Of a DNA stretch of 64,000 bases, positions 47,240 to 61,699 are shown piece after piece; positions within the stretch are counted from its first letter, which is position 1, and the number at the start of each line of letters is the position of its first letter. The stretch is from assembly GCF_006345805.1 (NCBI RefSeq), contig NC_042997.1, positions 78,492,001 through 78,556,000 of the forward strand. The letters are read 5' to 3'. The notes below the pieces were generated by a model. That model ran no database searches and had not been told where the DNA came from. It worked only from the letters and a program-made list of their open reading frames with translations. The stretch comes from Octopus sinensis (lineage: Eukaryota). The position numbers were made by a program, and so were the translations under genes.

Positions 47240-50200
47240 TAGTGTAATGGTCCTGGCAGAGAAGGCGGCACCTTTACACTGGTGGAAGTTTATACCCCAA
47301 CAGAGGCTGGAAGGCTAGATTTCTTCAGACGTCTATAAAACATTCTTGGGAACATCTTGCACTTTAGTACTATGGGGTACTGGAATATTTTGAACGTACG
47401 GAAGGACTGTGTGGGTTTAGTAAATAGTAGAAGGGGGTGTAAAAGCCTCGGAAACCTGCACAGGACTTTCCAGCTTTCTGACAGGTACCGACTGGATTTC
47501 CCTGATGTGCCAGTGTGGACATGGAGCAACCACAGCGGACCATCCAGATCGTATTTAGATAGAGTATTTGTTAAGTCAGAGGATATGGATTTAAATTGGT
47601 CGGCTACACAGATCACAAATTTGTGATCTGCATAGTCAATTTAGATAGGACCCGTAGACAGGGCCCTGGTTACTGGAAGTTGAATGCATCCTTACCGGCT
47701 CGCAAAGACTACAAGGATCGGATTAGCGAACTAGTTGAGCGACAGTTGACGGGGGCTGTTGTCAACAATCGGTGGTGGATCGCTCTGAAGAGAGCGATTA
47801 ACGTAGAATCGATAGCGTTTAGCAAATATTTAACAATAGATAAGAGGGAGAACTAATTAGCAAACTAGAAGAGGCTATTAGTAAAGGCATCACGACCGAC
47901 GTATCTGCGGCGAAAATGGACCTTGACCATTTATTTGAGCTGAAACACGAAAGGAACGTTGTCAGAGCTAAGGCCCGTGAGCTAAAACACAAAGGAACTA
48001 AAGCCGTCCGATGGGCTCGAATGGTAGAAACGCGACGTGGAAACGGATCGGGACGGACACATGCTACTCGGTTCTGAGCAGATATGTGCGGCTTTCCAGC
48101 AGCACTTTGCGCGGCTGTTTGGGGAGGGTGATGGGTCGACGACGATAGCAAACTTTACTTCGTACCTAGACCGCCTACCACGGCTCTCGGCGACGGACGC
48201 GAGATTCTGCGAAAAGCCGATTGCAGCCTTTGAAATACGGGAGGCGATGAGCGATTGCACAAGTCGCAAATCGCTCAGTTTGGATGGTCAGCTCTACGAA
48301 TTTTATGTTTTCATGCCAGATTTGTTTGGCAGCCTCTTGGCAGTTGTCTACAGTAACTGACATCAGAACGGGAGATTTCCTAGTACTGTTGACCGGAGTG
48401 TAGTAACACTGCTAAGAAAGAACGCCGACAGTGGGGACATGCTAAGGAATTTTCGGCCCATAACTCTGCTAAACACAGAGTTTAAGATTTTGGCCAAGGC
48501 GTTAGCGAAAAAGTTGACGCTTGTCGTTGATAGTCTTGTCGAGGAGGCACAAACGTGCGCAATCCCGAGTAGGTCTATCCACAACAACCTCCACCTTATG
48601 CGACACATCGTAAAGAGGACTGGGGCTAAAAGTGCCTTCGGTGGGGCAATGATCAATTTATATCAGTCGAGTTTTCGATAGGGTAGACCATCGCTAATTG
48701 GAACCAGTCCTTCGGATCCGTTTTCAGAGGCTGAATTACTGCAATACATAGTGGCACTCGCTTGGTGGTCAAAGTAAATGGCCACCTATCGGAACCGTTT
48801 AGTATCGTACGTTCGGTCCGTCAGGGCTGCCCACTGTCACCTCTTCTATATGTTATGACTCTCGAGCCTCTGCTGCGGAAGTTGGAACAGTTAAGAGGCC
48901 TCCCTTTCGAAATTGGACTCGGGAGGGCAGTGTCTGCATACACGGATGATGTCACCGTCATGGTGTCGGATGCTTCCGAGGTGGAGACGGTCGGCTCCAT
49001 TGTAAAGGAATATGAATCGGTTGCAGGGGCTAAAATCAATGCCGACAAATTGGCGGGATTGCGACTGGGCACCTGGAGAAGCAGATCGATGCTGTCGGAC
49101 GCTGGACTGACAGACCAATTAAACTGCTCAGCGTCTGGTTTGGTCCCGACCTCCAGATTGATAAGAATTGTGAAGAGGTAATGAACAAGTTGACCTCTCT
49201 TGCCCAGAAATAGGCAGAGAGGAAGTTGTCTCTGAAAGGTCGGGCAGAGGTGGCGAATGCCTACATCACCTCTGTCAATATTTATCGTCTGACCGTTGTG
49301 CCTTGCTCTAGTTACTGCTTGATCAGACTGGAGCGTATCCTGTTTGTTTTATTGTAGAAGAGATGCGTTCCAATGGCCAGGCGGTCAAGCTGCTGATAAC
49401 TTCCTTTGCGTGGGAGCTTAGGCCTGCCATAGATTTTAATGTGCAGACACGCACTCAGGTTGCGCTACCTGCAGCGATTTGTAGAAGTTGAACGTGTGTG
49501 GGCTCCATTTGTAACACGCCTTTCCGTAGCTCGTCTCCCTGACGGAGCTGTAGTCCTGGTTAAAGGATAGGCTAATACTGGGCGCCTGGCACTTAGAATG
49601 TCGTCGAGCGTTCACTGTACTCTACAAGTCGAGCAATAGGATCGGTGGATGTTCCACTTTAGGTATTTACAGAGGATTAGTAGCGGAGAAGTGCGACGAC
49701 GTCCTCAGAGAGACAATAGGCGTTGAAGAAGATGAACTGGCTAGTCTATTCCAGAGGACTTTCCGGCTGGGAACTATCATGGATAATTTCCAGATGTTTT
49801 TGGCGTGGTAGTGCTACGGGGGCGGGGCGCTATCGGTTCGAGATTAACTCTACAGGCACGGATCTGCTATCAGACAGGCTTGTCCGAGGTGCTCGCAGAG
49901 CGACGAAACCGTTTTGCATGCATTCGTTCAGTGTCCGGGCATTGCTGACTTGTGGAGTTATGTCGAACAGCTGCTGTCGCGTATAGGACAGACCTGCTTG
50001 TCGTCTGAGTCCATAATGATGATTGCCCCGCCACTATTCTTTAATCGGGCTGGCAAGACAGTTTTCCTTTTTCTGGTGATTGTGGGAAATAGGTTATCTG
50101 GTGGACGAGGCTGAAAGGAATGAGTACAGAAACATTCCTCCTTCATAAAGCCCTCATTGACGTTTTCAAGTTTCACTTGAGAAGAAAAGTCAGTGTGGAG

Positions 50201-50525
50201 AGGGAAGTGCTCTCCTCGAGTGAATGTATGGAATGGTGGGTGAAAGTTGCGAAAATGGCAAGAGTGGATTTCCTTGAGTATCCCTAGAGCTCATCCTGAA
50301 TCAGAAGGATCCCATCCCTTTCACTTTTTTCCTCCCTCTTTTTCTAGTGTTATATACTATGTATACTTCCCTTCTTCTAATATATACCGTGTATACTTTT
50401 TATTTTATCATTCCATTATGTGTAAACTCCCAACAATTTATGTTTGTCTTTGTATTGTCCCCCATCATCCTTCGCCTTGGTGGCAAATAAAAGAAATCAT
50501 TATTATTATTATTATTATTATTATG
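47240..50525 (+). mobile_element. 5'-truncated Tx1/L1-clade LINE (APE, RT, zinc finger), pseudogenised
   Basis: TWSNHSGPSRSYLDR, TDHK, GPGYWKLNASL, FRPITLLNTEFKILAKALA, QTCAIPSRSI, VRQGCPLSPLLY, AYTDDVT, CPRC..DETVLHAFVQCP; ends AATAAAAGAAATC(ATT)n. Confidence 0.9.
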
Positions 50526-50682
50526 AAAGGGATTTTGAATAGAATAAAGCACGATGTACCTGTATGAAATATCCACGTTTCTATTCCCCTCTATAATTTC
50601 GGTGTCTCCTGAAAATAGTATTGATTTAGTTTCTAATGACACAACGCCACACATTAATAAAGTTGTAGCATAGTTGTTGCGC

Positions 50683-51005
50683 GAAGGCGCAAGGCTCAGT
50701 GGTTAGAGCGTCGAGCTTACGATCGTGAGGTTGTGAGTTCGAATCCCGGACCAGGATGCGTGTTGTGTTCTTGAGCAAGACACTTTATTTCACGTTGCTC
50801 CAGTTCACTCAGCTGTAGAAATGAGTTGCGACGTCACAGGTGCCAAGCTGTATCGGCCTTTGCCTTTCCCTTGAATAACACTGGTGGTGTGGAGAGGGGA
50901 GGCCGGTTTGCGTGGTCTTCCATAAACAACCTTGCCCGGATTTGTGCCTTGGAGGGTAACTTTCTAGGTGCAATCCCATAGTTAATCATGAACGAAGGGG
51001 GTCTC
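50683..51005 (+). mobile_element. tRNA-derived SINE
   Basis: A box GGCTCAGTGGTTAG and B box GAGTTCGAATCC, then a non-tRNA body and tail shared with 26190-26345. Confidence 0.8.
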
Positions 51006-54000
51006 AGCAGCATAGTTGTATGAATTAATCCCATTATTTTATCGACTTTTAAGGTGGACGTGAAAAACAAAGACGATACCGTTGGTGTTTACTCAGAAAG
51101 TAGATACTAAATATCGCTATGCACATATCACTGCTTCTACGCCAACGCTTGTTTTAATGATGATGATGATGATGATGATAAGGAGGATGAGGAGGAGGAG
51201 GAGGGGGGGAGGAGGAGAGGGAGAGTGTGAAACAGAGAGGTGGAAAGAGAAAGCTAAATAGTTGGTAATTGGTCTACACTGTTATAATTATTAATATCAT
51301 TATGAATTACGCTTTTGCGTGAAAGGTGTGTTCTTCAGTTATTAGTTTAAGCAACGTGGCGTAATCCAGCCATACTTAAATGCTAGGTTACATTAATTCA
51401 GAATAAACTTATTGCTTAAGATTTGTATCGATAATCTTAGTTTAGTTCCTGATAAAGTTGTTAGTTTTAACAGATTTGTTTCCGCAGATAGAATTTCAAG
51501 AAATAAGTTAAATAAGTTGTTTTTTTTCATTTTAATTCAATTTGGCATGAAGTTAATTGGTGAACAAAAAATAAAAATATTAAAACCTAAATATAAATGT
51601 TAAAAGAAATTGTCCAAAATATATTTTAAAAGAAAGTCGGCCATTACTCTTGAGCAATCCCAAATGGAAACCATCCTCTTAAGACACATGTTTCTCAAAA
51701 TGACCATAAAACAAACAAAATCGATTATAATATGGTTAATTCCTTGTGTAATTTCTTTTCTGTATTGCTGACAGCTGATTGTCTCACTATTCAGTTGTTT
51801 GTAAAATTGTTGAATGATTGAAGAAGTAGAAATGTCCCCCACAGGATGTTAGTCTTCAGCGTGAAACAATCTTCTATCTTTTGTTTCCGTTGCTGTCTGA
51901 CAGTTCCACAAATTCTCTTGTGCGATTGTTAGTTAGAATACACAACTTCACAATGTGAACTGGAAGTCAACCGAGGATAAATACATGTTTTCACCTGTTC
52001 TTATTCTTGTGGCAAGAAAACAAAATTTCGTCAAATTCTACCAGTCGTGTAAATTTTTATTGCGTGCAATAGTGGTGTTTGTACAGACGAAAGAACAGAG
52101 AAAGATTAGTTCAAATTATGTGACAGTTAAATATACATTTTATTACGCTACCAATAAATGTGTGACGGAAGTTACTTATTAAAGCCCTGAACTCAGTGTC
52201 TTTTCTCAATAGAGCCACAACAGACTGGCCTACACAACTGGTTATGTGCTATCAAGTACAGGTGTATGCAAGTCTGGAAAGCTGCAATAAAGTCGGTACT
52301 ATAAGCCGGCCATTCCTAGCAATTTATCCCTCGAACAGTCAGATGTAATGTCCCAATTTCAGGAACTGGAATCAGAAAGATTTTAGCACAAAATTCTTCC
52401 ACCGTCACTTACGACAGACTATCGACAGCCTCTTAAAATATCTTCAGAATGGTTTTAAGTAAAATATTTATTACATGCCAAATAATCCTAACAACCTTAA
52501 CAGACACAAGATCACAAATTTCGAGATTCTATGGAATTATCCTTCTTTTAGTTTAGATGTAAGCACTAAATGACGCGGATCCGTCAACAAAGTATTTCTG
52601 AAAAACAGCATACATTCGACTGGAATCAGATTCCCATGCACTTTGCAGACCATCAAAGACCTTATCGTGCTTTGGTCGGGGTGCCTCTACCACCCAGTCA
52701 CACTGAATGGACTTGATACTCTCTGCAATTTAATATAATGGTGTAAACTCGAACAACACAGCATATTTAGCGTCAAAGAAATTAGCCAGTGCTACTCTCG
52801 TCACTTCCCCTTCAACTGCGAAGTTCTTTCTACCAACTTCTTTTGCTAATAACTACTCTTCAGTCTAATATTCTCTTCTGCTACTTTCTTACTATACTCT
52901 ATTGAGTCTACAAGTTTTCTTTTTCAAATCCAACCAATATCTATTATTTACAATCGCCCACCCCCTAACAATTTCAACATGATTAGCATTCTCTCTAGAG
53001 AATGCTAATCACGTTGGCCAGCACACGTATGAGCTATGTAGTCAACCACTCAGAAATATGGACAACTTGCATAGTCCCAATCAGTGCCCCTCTGTAACGC
53101 CAAAGGTTTCCTTGGGGTGAGCACCTTGACGTAATAGATTTACTGTAACCTTTCGTTCCATCTGGACTTATTCGTCCTCTGTTGTTTCTTCTTCCTCTAC
53201 TGTCCGTGCTAGTTTCTTACACTATTACTTCTCGCCGTAAGACGTTGAGATGGAATTGCAGCTCCAAGATTCTGACATTCACTGTGCTGGATGAACTGAC
53301 CTCTCTTTTTTCTCGATTCTGTATTTCTTCGGTCCTTCTGCAGGTGATATTGAGAATGAGGTGATTCCAATTGCTTTCACTCTGGTTATCCTCGGAGTTT
53401 CGCCCGGTGATGCAACGGCAGCAGCAGCAGCTATAACAGCAACCATAGTCTATTTATCCCCATCCTCCTCCACTGTTTTTTCTTTTTGATCCTTGAGCAA
53501 AAGATCCAGTTGTATCGAGTTCCCACGCGCCTAGTTTTTGTTCTGCATAACCCATTTGATCTACCTTCCCTTTGTTCTTACTATGTAATATAATTCCCGA
53601 ATTGCCTTCCCAAAATTCATTAAACGGCAGCTTGTTCTGCCGTCCAATGAATTTTATGAAAGGTGGGTGATAAATGAATTCATACTCTCTTTATATTATT
53701 TTCTCTTACCTTGTGAGCAGTAGCAATTGCCGTTAGGCTTTTGTTTTCCTTCTCAAACTAAGTGAGAGATTTCACTTAGATGAGATTTTTCACGGACATT
53801 ACCCTATAATTTATTTACATATACATTATTATTGAGAGGTTCGATGTTTAAACCTAATGCTTAAAATAACTCACAAATCAATAACTATTGTTATTCAACA
53901 TATTCTGGTTACCAATGCGATTTTTACCTCTCAGTTTGAATGACATTATTTCGTTTTGTCTATTAAGACTATACATAACTAATCTGACAATACTGAGTCA

Positions 54001-54271
54001 CATATAGGTAGAGCACGGCAGTGTAAACTGCTAGCTTGACATCATATTTAAACAAAGAATGACTTGTTGGCTCATAGTTCTGATTTCAATTCCTCCAGCA
54101 GGGTGAGTTATCTTTAGTAAATTTGGATCCTGAAATTTTTATTAGTGTTGAAAGTACCAGTTTGTACTGGCAATGCAAAGATAGTGACTTTTTGTTTGTT
54201 TTTTTCATATTTTAGTTGGAGACAGGGATTGCCGCTCATAACTTTTGCAGTCCTTCCGATACAACTGATAA

Positions 54272-54886
54272 CACTGGTCAACAGCCAATTTTCATCAGGG
54301 ATATTATATGGTGTTTTATATGTAGTTTTGTCCGCCGATATCAAAAATGTAATCGATTTCCTTCTATCAGGCACAGTTTTTCTGATGAGATAAGAGAGGT
54401 AAGAGGAAGAGAGCAATGCCGTCTACAATGCCTGTGATATGGAGAGAGCCAAAGGATCATTTGATGGACTGTTATTACTGCAACGTTAATGTATGTGGGT
54501 TTACTATAAAGACAAAGCATAAGATTGTATTACTGCAACGTTAATGTATGTGGGTTTACTGTAAAGACCAAGCATAAGATTGTGTATCCCATAGAAAGTC
54601 CAAAGATTTTAAGTTGTTATTTGAGTGTATTCTAACTTATTTGTACACAATAATTTTAATTTTGTGCAATAAAAAGCCATGAAATTATCGTATCTTGTAT
54701 TCAATATACTTTATAGAGACACGCTTTACGTATCCTATAAGTTAAAACTGCAGGTATCATTAACATAAAATTGTGACCTGATAGAGGAAATCAGACTTCA
54801 GATTCGTAATCAGCATCAAAACTTAGCCCAGAAAAGTCAATCAGCAACTCTGATGATTAAAAAAAGTTTCATTTTGTTGACCAGTG
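54272..54886 (+). mobile_element. Non-autonomous deletion derivative of the Chapaev3-like element
   Basis: Perfect TIRs CACTGGTCAACA/TGTTGACCAGTG; TAA on both flanks (3-bp TSD); blocks match 16589-16460, 16180-16070 and 14740-14450; 55-bp tandem duplication at 54473-54582. Confidence 0.9.
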
Positions 54887-55387
54887 TAATCAGTTTGAAC
54901 TTGCATGTGTTGATGACAGTCCTTTAAACGTAAGCATCGGAGTAGTTTTAATGATTTACTGTTCTGAAAAAGAATAATTATACAGAATTTGTATTGTGGT
55001 TTGAAGTATAAGGTACAGTACGAGTACTGTGAGGTACAGAAGTATCGGCTGAGTTTTCGTGGAGCCGTGCGCATACAGCTTGTTCGGGGTATTAAAAATC
55101 TGTTATAGGAATGGCGAAGTAATAACTAATCGATATGACTCTAAGTTAATTCGTTCTTTACCAGACTGTTTTTAATGAGCAATTAAAAAATTGTGTTACC
55201 AAATCTTTGTTCTAACTCTTTCTTCACTGTTTTAACGTCATAACGGCCATCGGGCATTATGAGGCATGGGTAACGAAATATGTTCCCGTGAGTTGTGTAA
55301 TAACAGCGGAACCCCTCGGCTGAATGAGACTTAATAAATAAGAAAGTCGTTAATATATTGAAAGAAGTGCATACAAATAATGACCCC

Positions 55388-56310
55388 AACGACAATATGA
55401 GTTTTCGAAGACAATTCTTCCCATAAATACCAAAATAAAATTTTGGATTTATGGAGGGTCAAAGTTAGGACTAATATAGGACAGGGAAACCGAACGAAAA
55501 CAAACATGGCGGATCGTTAGACCTGAACGTGGAGGAAAATAGTTAACACTGAGAGAAATATTTTCTTTAAGACAAGAAAAGATAGAAGAGAGAGATATGA
55601 GACGTCCGTGCAGGAAAGAAAGTTGGTCACGTGAGGAAAAGAAAGATAGACGACGGCCATGTGTGAGCAACGAGAGAGAGAGAGAGAAAGAAAGAGAGAG
55701 GGGAGAGAGAGAGACAGATAGAAAACGGTGAAAGGGAGAAAAGGGAATTAGAGAGGATAGGGGAGAAAACAATATAGAGTCGCATCAAAAAAGGTTAAAA
55801 TAAACTTACTTGGAAATGTATGCATGGCGTCCAATTAAATAACAATATATATGGGTAGAGGGCGTCACCAACAGTAAACAACATGAAATACAAAAACAAA
55901 TACGCAAATAAGGAGAGAGAAAAGGACAATACAAAGAATGACCCTTCATCAGTTGTCAGCTGTCTATCTACTCCCCATGTCGAGCAATCAATGACAATAT
56001 GAGTCTCCAAAGGCAGCTGCTCCCATAAATACCAAAATAAAATTTGGATTTATGGAGGGTCAAAGTTAGGAACAAAAACAGTACAGTGGAGGCATACAGC
56101 GAAACCGAACGAAAACTAACATGGAGGATCGTTAGACCTGAACGAGGGGAAATAGTGAACGCTGACAGAAATATTTTCTTTGAAAAGAGAAAAGATAGAA
56201 GAGAGAGATATGAGACGTCCAATCTTTAGAATGTTCGTGTAGGAAAGATGGTCATGTGAGGAAAAGAAATATAGACGATGGTCACGTGTGAGCAACGAAA
56301 GAGAGAAGAA
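55388..56310. repeat. Diverged ~310-bp direct repeats
   Basis: About 55388-55690 and 55990-56310 share GACAATATGAG..CCCATAAATACC..GGAGGGTCAAAGTTAGG..GATCGTTAGACCTGAACG..GTGTGAGCAACGA. Confidence 0.85.
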
Positions 56311-56364
56311 AAATAGCGAGAGAGAGAAAGAAAGCGAGAGGGAGAGAAAGCGAGAGGGGGGATC

Positions 56365-56396
<32 letters not shown>

Positions 56397-56499
56397 TGTA
56401 TGTATGTATGTATGTATGTATGTATGTATGTATGTGTATGTTCTTTAATGTATAGCAATTGATTCTATGTTATTTTTTTTTCAGATCGGTTTATTTTGT

Positions 56500-57000
56500 T
56501 TGAAATTTAGAAACTGTACAAACATGGTCTGATCTCTTTAAAAATATACTCTAGAGTAATGTAGCGGTATTCCACATCAGTGGGTTTGTGAACCGTCACA
56601 ACTGCCACTACTGAGGAGGAGGAGATCCTCGTATTACCTCTGAAGAAATGCAGAATCGGCCCAAGGTAACTGTATGGTGTGACTTCGGACAGGATTGAGG
56701 GTCCTTTCATCCATTGCAATACCATGAATGCTGAAAGCTACCTCACCATGCAGCAAGATGAAATCTGGCCAGTTATCAGTACTTGGGAGAATATTGAAGA
56801 TTTGCTTTTTATGCAAGATGGCGCTCCTCCACATTTTGCTATTGTTGTTCCTGAATGGTTGAATGCCCACTTCCCTGGAGGATGGATGGGTCATCGAGGT
56901 CCGCATGATTAGCCGTATGATAAAGCCCTAATTTAACATCCTGCGACTTTTTTCTTTGGGGTTGGTTAAAGGAACAAGTCTACTCTACCAAACCAACGCT
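56500..57000 (+). mobile_element. Tc1/mariner rosa-like (DD41D) transposase fragment
   Basis: FMQDGAPPHFAIVVPEWLNAHFPGGWMGHRGPHD..CDFFLWGWLKEQVYSTKP; reconstructed D-D spacing is 41. Confidence 0.7.
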
Positions 57001-57029
57001 TTAAGAGAATTTGAAGGGTGAATAGGAGT

Positions 57030-58645
57030 GGCATTGCTGGTGAGTGGGCTCGTGAAGAAGAGTGTGGTGGAGTGGTGGGAAGTGTCTTCAAGATTAATAT
57101 GGGTTAAGATGACATGGGGAGGTAAGATGTGGGTGTTTTTAGTGCATGTGGTACAGGGAGTGAAAGGAGTGAGAAAGAAGTAGAAGAGTTCTGGAGGAAA
57201 CTGACAGTGTGTGGATAGGGTGGGGAAAAGTGGTTATGTGGCGGTGTTGGGTGATTTGAATGCGTGAGTGAGAAATGAGGAAGTAGAGAATGTAGTAAGA
57301 GTGACATGGAGGAGAGAGGTTGTGAAGGTGAGTGAACTGGATAGGAGAGAGAAGGGGCAGGAGTATGTAGAGAAACTGAGAGGTGAATATGAACAGGTTA
57401 AGAAACGGGAGATAAATGTGAAGAAAGAGCAGGATGCTATTAGAGAGGCAGTATTGAGATGTGCCTCTGAGGTATGTGGTACACGTGTGGCTGGAATGGG
57501 TGTGATAAAAGGTAGTGAGTAGTGGAATGAGCAGGTAAGGGAATGGAGAGGCTTATGATCACTACAGAGAACTGAAGGGAAGACAGTGGTGAGAGTGGCG
57601 AAATGGGAGGTGAGTGAAAGGTTCGGGAAAAAGTTGAGTGAAAATTTTGAAAGAAATAAAAAGATGTTTTGGAAAGAGGTACAGAGGGTAAGAAAGGTGG
57701 TTGGAGGAAGGGAAGAAAGGGTGAATGAAAATGTGAGTGTGGAATGGAAATTTTAGAGGTTGGTAAACTGAATGGGAGAATTCTGATTGTTAGGGTGACG
57801 AAGCAGGCAGAGAGTGTACTAGGGGAGGGGCAGTGTGGTTTAGGAGTGGAAGGGACTGTGCAGATCAAATATATGTAATAAGCAGATGTGTGAGAAGTTT
57901 TGGGCAAATGGGAGGGAGATGTATTTGGCCTTTATGGACCTAAAGAAGGTATATGACCGTGAGGATAGGATTGCAATGTGGCAGGTGTTACGTTGTATGG
58001 AGTAGATGGTAGATTGTTGAGAGCTGTTCAGAGATTTTATATAGAAAGTAGGGCGGGCGTTAGGGTGGGTGGTGAAGTAAGTGAGTGGTTTAATATGAAG
58101 GTGGGTTAGGACACGTTTGTGTGATATCTCCGTGGCTGTTTAACTTATATATGGGTGGTGTGGTGAGAGAGGTAAATGCTAGAACCTTTGGAAGGGGAGC
58201 CCAAATGATGGGAGAAAATGAAGAGAAAGGCAGGTGAATCAGTTGTTTGCTGAAGATATAGCACTGATGGTGGATTTGGAAGAGCAACTGAAGAGACTGG
58301 TGGTAGAGTTTGGAAGAGTGCGTGAGAGGAGGAAACTGAAAGTGAATATATCTAAAAGACAGGATGAGGAATGAGGAGGTGCAAAGGCGAGCAGGAATGA
58401 GAGAAAAACTAACAACCAAAATGGATAGACGAATGTTGAAATGGTTTGGACACATGGACAGCATGGATGAGGAGCGGATGGTAAGGAGGATGATGAAGTG
58501 GTAGGCAGCAGAACCAGGGGCAGACCTCGGTTTGTGTGAATGGATGGAGTGAAGAAAACTTTGGTGGTTAGAGGTGCTGGTGTGAGAGAGACAAGAGAGT
58601 TTATAAATGATAGGAAAACTTGGAGAGTGTTTGTAGACGGATGAG
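57030..58645 (+). mobile_element. Decayed RTE-like LINE (endonuclease to RT C-terminus, internally deleted)
   Basis: EVEEFWRKL..GDLNA; YLAFMDLKKVYDR..MWQVLR; VISPWLFNLYM; LFAEDIAL; LKVNISK; LKWFGHMDSMDEERMV..GRPR. Confidence 0.8.
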
Positions 58646-59064
58646 TGAATTTGAAGTTGCTCAAAGGGGTACGGAACCAGCATGATGCGGTGGGGGTAAA
58701 CCAGCATATGCTGTCGAGCCTCACTGCTGATACTGGGGGCTGCGTTCTATACCTTGATCCGAGCATAGAACGAGGCTCGCCTCTTTGAGCTGGGAAATGA
58801 ATGAAATGCTTGGTGCGTGTCTTGTTGTAGTTTACCTCTCCTAAAAAAATGGAGAATAGGCCTGGGAAATTATATTATATAAATTTCTCGAAAACACGCA
58901 GAAGCATTTGTTATGATAGTGGAAACTTTTGCACTTAGTTTAAAATTGGATCTTATGCTTGAAAAATTTATCATAAAATAAAACTAGTAAACCCGGGTTT
59001 TCGTAAAGTGGGTCCTCGTAAAGTGAGGTATTATTGTATGTGTGTGTGTATTTATATATATATA

Positions 59065-59152
<88 letters not shown>

Positions 59153-60167
59153 CATACATACATACATATATATTGTACACTTTATTTTAGATGGCCTCTA
59201 AAGATTTTCTAGCTTCTTTTGAGAACAAATAAATTAATGACAGGCTATTGATATGAGTATTAAAATATTATGTCTGTACTAACACCATTAGAACTTAAAG
59301 CAATGGGTACCGAAATAATAGCTTGCTATTAAAACAATAACTATATTTATCGTATAAAAAATATTACTAGAGCTTTAATTTTAACACCCGCATTACTCAA
59401 GCATTTTATTGCAACTAACATAACATTTATAATTTAGATTTTATCAGATATGGCTAGATTCCAAATTGAAACCATACTCAGATATGCTAGCCATATTAGA
59501 GTGTTGCCATGATTTTAAGTATTTTTCCTAACACTTTTCCATATGGCATAAATTACGTCATACGGAAAATGCCCTTGCGGTACACGTGCTGTTTTGCAGA
59601 GTGGACTGACATACAGAAAATATTTTATTAGTTTTCCACTTCGATTAATTTCCAAGCTGAGAATGTATACCTACATATATGCATGCTTATATATATATAT
59701 ATATATATTTATACCTACGTACATACATACATACATACATACATACATACATACATACATACATACATACATACATACATACATACATACATACATACAT
59801 ACATAAATACATGCATGCATACATGTATATGTATAGGTGTATCTTGTCTTAATATATAAAATCCGTTCTGTCTGTCTGTGCGCTTATAACTCGAGTATTG
59901 TTCATCCGATCGCACTGAAATTTTAAACGTGGATACATGAGAGAGCGGGGTGTTCTGTAATCTAAAAAGATTTTCAAAATTATTACTTTCAAAGTGAGAA
60001 TCGCTATTTCTGCAATCTTTATGTTCTGTTTGTTCCGCCATTAAAACAACCAATTGCTCAGACAGCTGGCACATACCATTTCGCTAGCAACAAGGGGAGT
60101 AAAGGTTGACAGTCAGCCAAAACAGTCGCTATGCTGTCTCTCTTCTTTCCTCTCTCTCTCTCTCTTC

Positions 60168-60225
<58 letters not shown>

Positions 60226-60389
60226 GGTTAATAATCTTAATATTTAGTTACAGTTTCTCATTAAACTACATAATAGGCAGAATTTTCGGATTAAGACAGT
60301 AGGGTGTTTTGAGGGAGATTTGGCTGCTATTTCTACCAAGTCTAGCTACCATGTAGAGGTCTTTCTCATTAGCTTATACATACATACAT

Positions 60390-60474
<85 letters not shown>

Positions 60475-60475
60475 G

Positions 60476-60560
<85 letters not shown>

Positions 60561-61474
60561 TAATATAATATAAATAAAATACTTTAAGTAACAGTCGTCA
60601 AATACAAAAGCCAAAGTCCATGCAGTGTCATGGGCCAAAAAAATTTCCAGCTTCTTGCCTAATGCGAGCCCAGTGCAATCTGTTACACTATTTCAGTATT
60701 ACGTCTGTATTGTTATGTGAGCTACTGTCCTATATAATATAAATTCCTTATGCTTTCCAAAACCGAATTACAGATTTTGACGTATGGGCTATCAAAAAAT
60801 TCAGTACTATTTTGGCTACAAATTAATCTTAATTTCCATTCACATATTTGCATTTCAAAAATTTAACATCATCTTTTCCATAAATCAACTATCGTAAGAA
60901 CTTTATACGATGACGTCACATTTTCTATATGTATGTGTACCTTAAAAGACACAAATCATCATGACACACAACTTCACTCACTCACTCTATCTCTCTTTCT
61001 CACCCTCTTTCTCTCTCATATACATATGCGCAAGCACGTACGCACACACACACGCCCCACACACACACACACACGTCTATTTCATATAGATGTACATACA
61101 TCTTTCCCTTTCTTTCTCTGTTCTTTTTGTTTTCTCTTCTTTCAATTTCAGCAAATACATGTTGCAGCACTTAATGCTGGATCATTAAATCAATGTTTTA
61201 ATGATTAGACAGAGGTCCAATAGAATAGGTCTCAGAAAAGACTACGTACAAATTCGTTCTTCACAACTCCTGAAGCTGTTTTCAGATATGATCCATGTAT
61301 TCTTATAAAAATAATAACTCTGTTATTAGGGTCTGAAATACTCCAAACGGACGCATAGCATGTTGCTTAGTCGAATTAGCCCATCATTTATTCCACAAAT
61401 GTTTTGTTGTCAATGCTGCACTTTCCCATATCACCTGTTTCAACAATAACAATATTATATACAAACTATGCCAT

Positions 61475-61507
61475 TTTAATCCCGAGCAACTCCGGGTGTC
61501 TCTGCTA

Positions 61508-61509
<2 letters not shown>
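61475..61509 (+). mobile_element. Isolated Helitron-like 3' end (a candidate 5' end lies at about 59840)
   Basis: CCCGAGCAACTCCGGG..CTGCTAG|T. Confidence 0.55.
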
Positions 61510-61594
<85 letters not shown>

Positions 61595-61699
61595 TATGTA
61601 TGTATCTCTGCTAGTATATATATATATATATGAATACACTCACATACCCACGTACATATACGTACGTATTGATGTATTGCGTATGAGTGTCCGATGATC

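Noticed and set aside
50683-50760. tRNA gene (also 39395-39470, 29794-29870 and other SINE heads)
   Set aside because: A/B boxes are present, but the acceptor stem is not convincing and each continues into a repeated SINE body
58981-59030. Minus-strand Helitron 3' end (CCCGGGTTTACTAGT); similar case at about 30995-31010
   Set aside because: The hairpin is short and no matching 5' end was found
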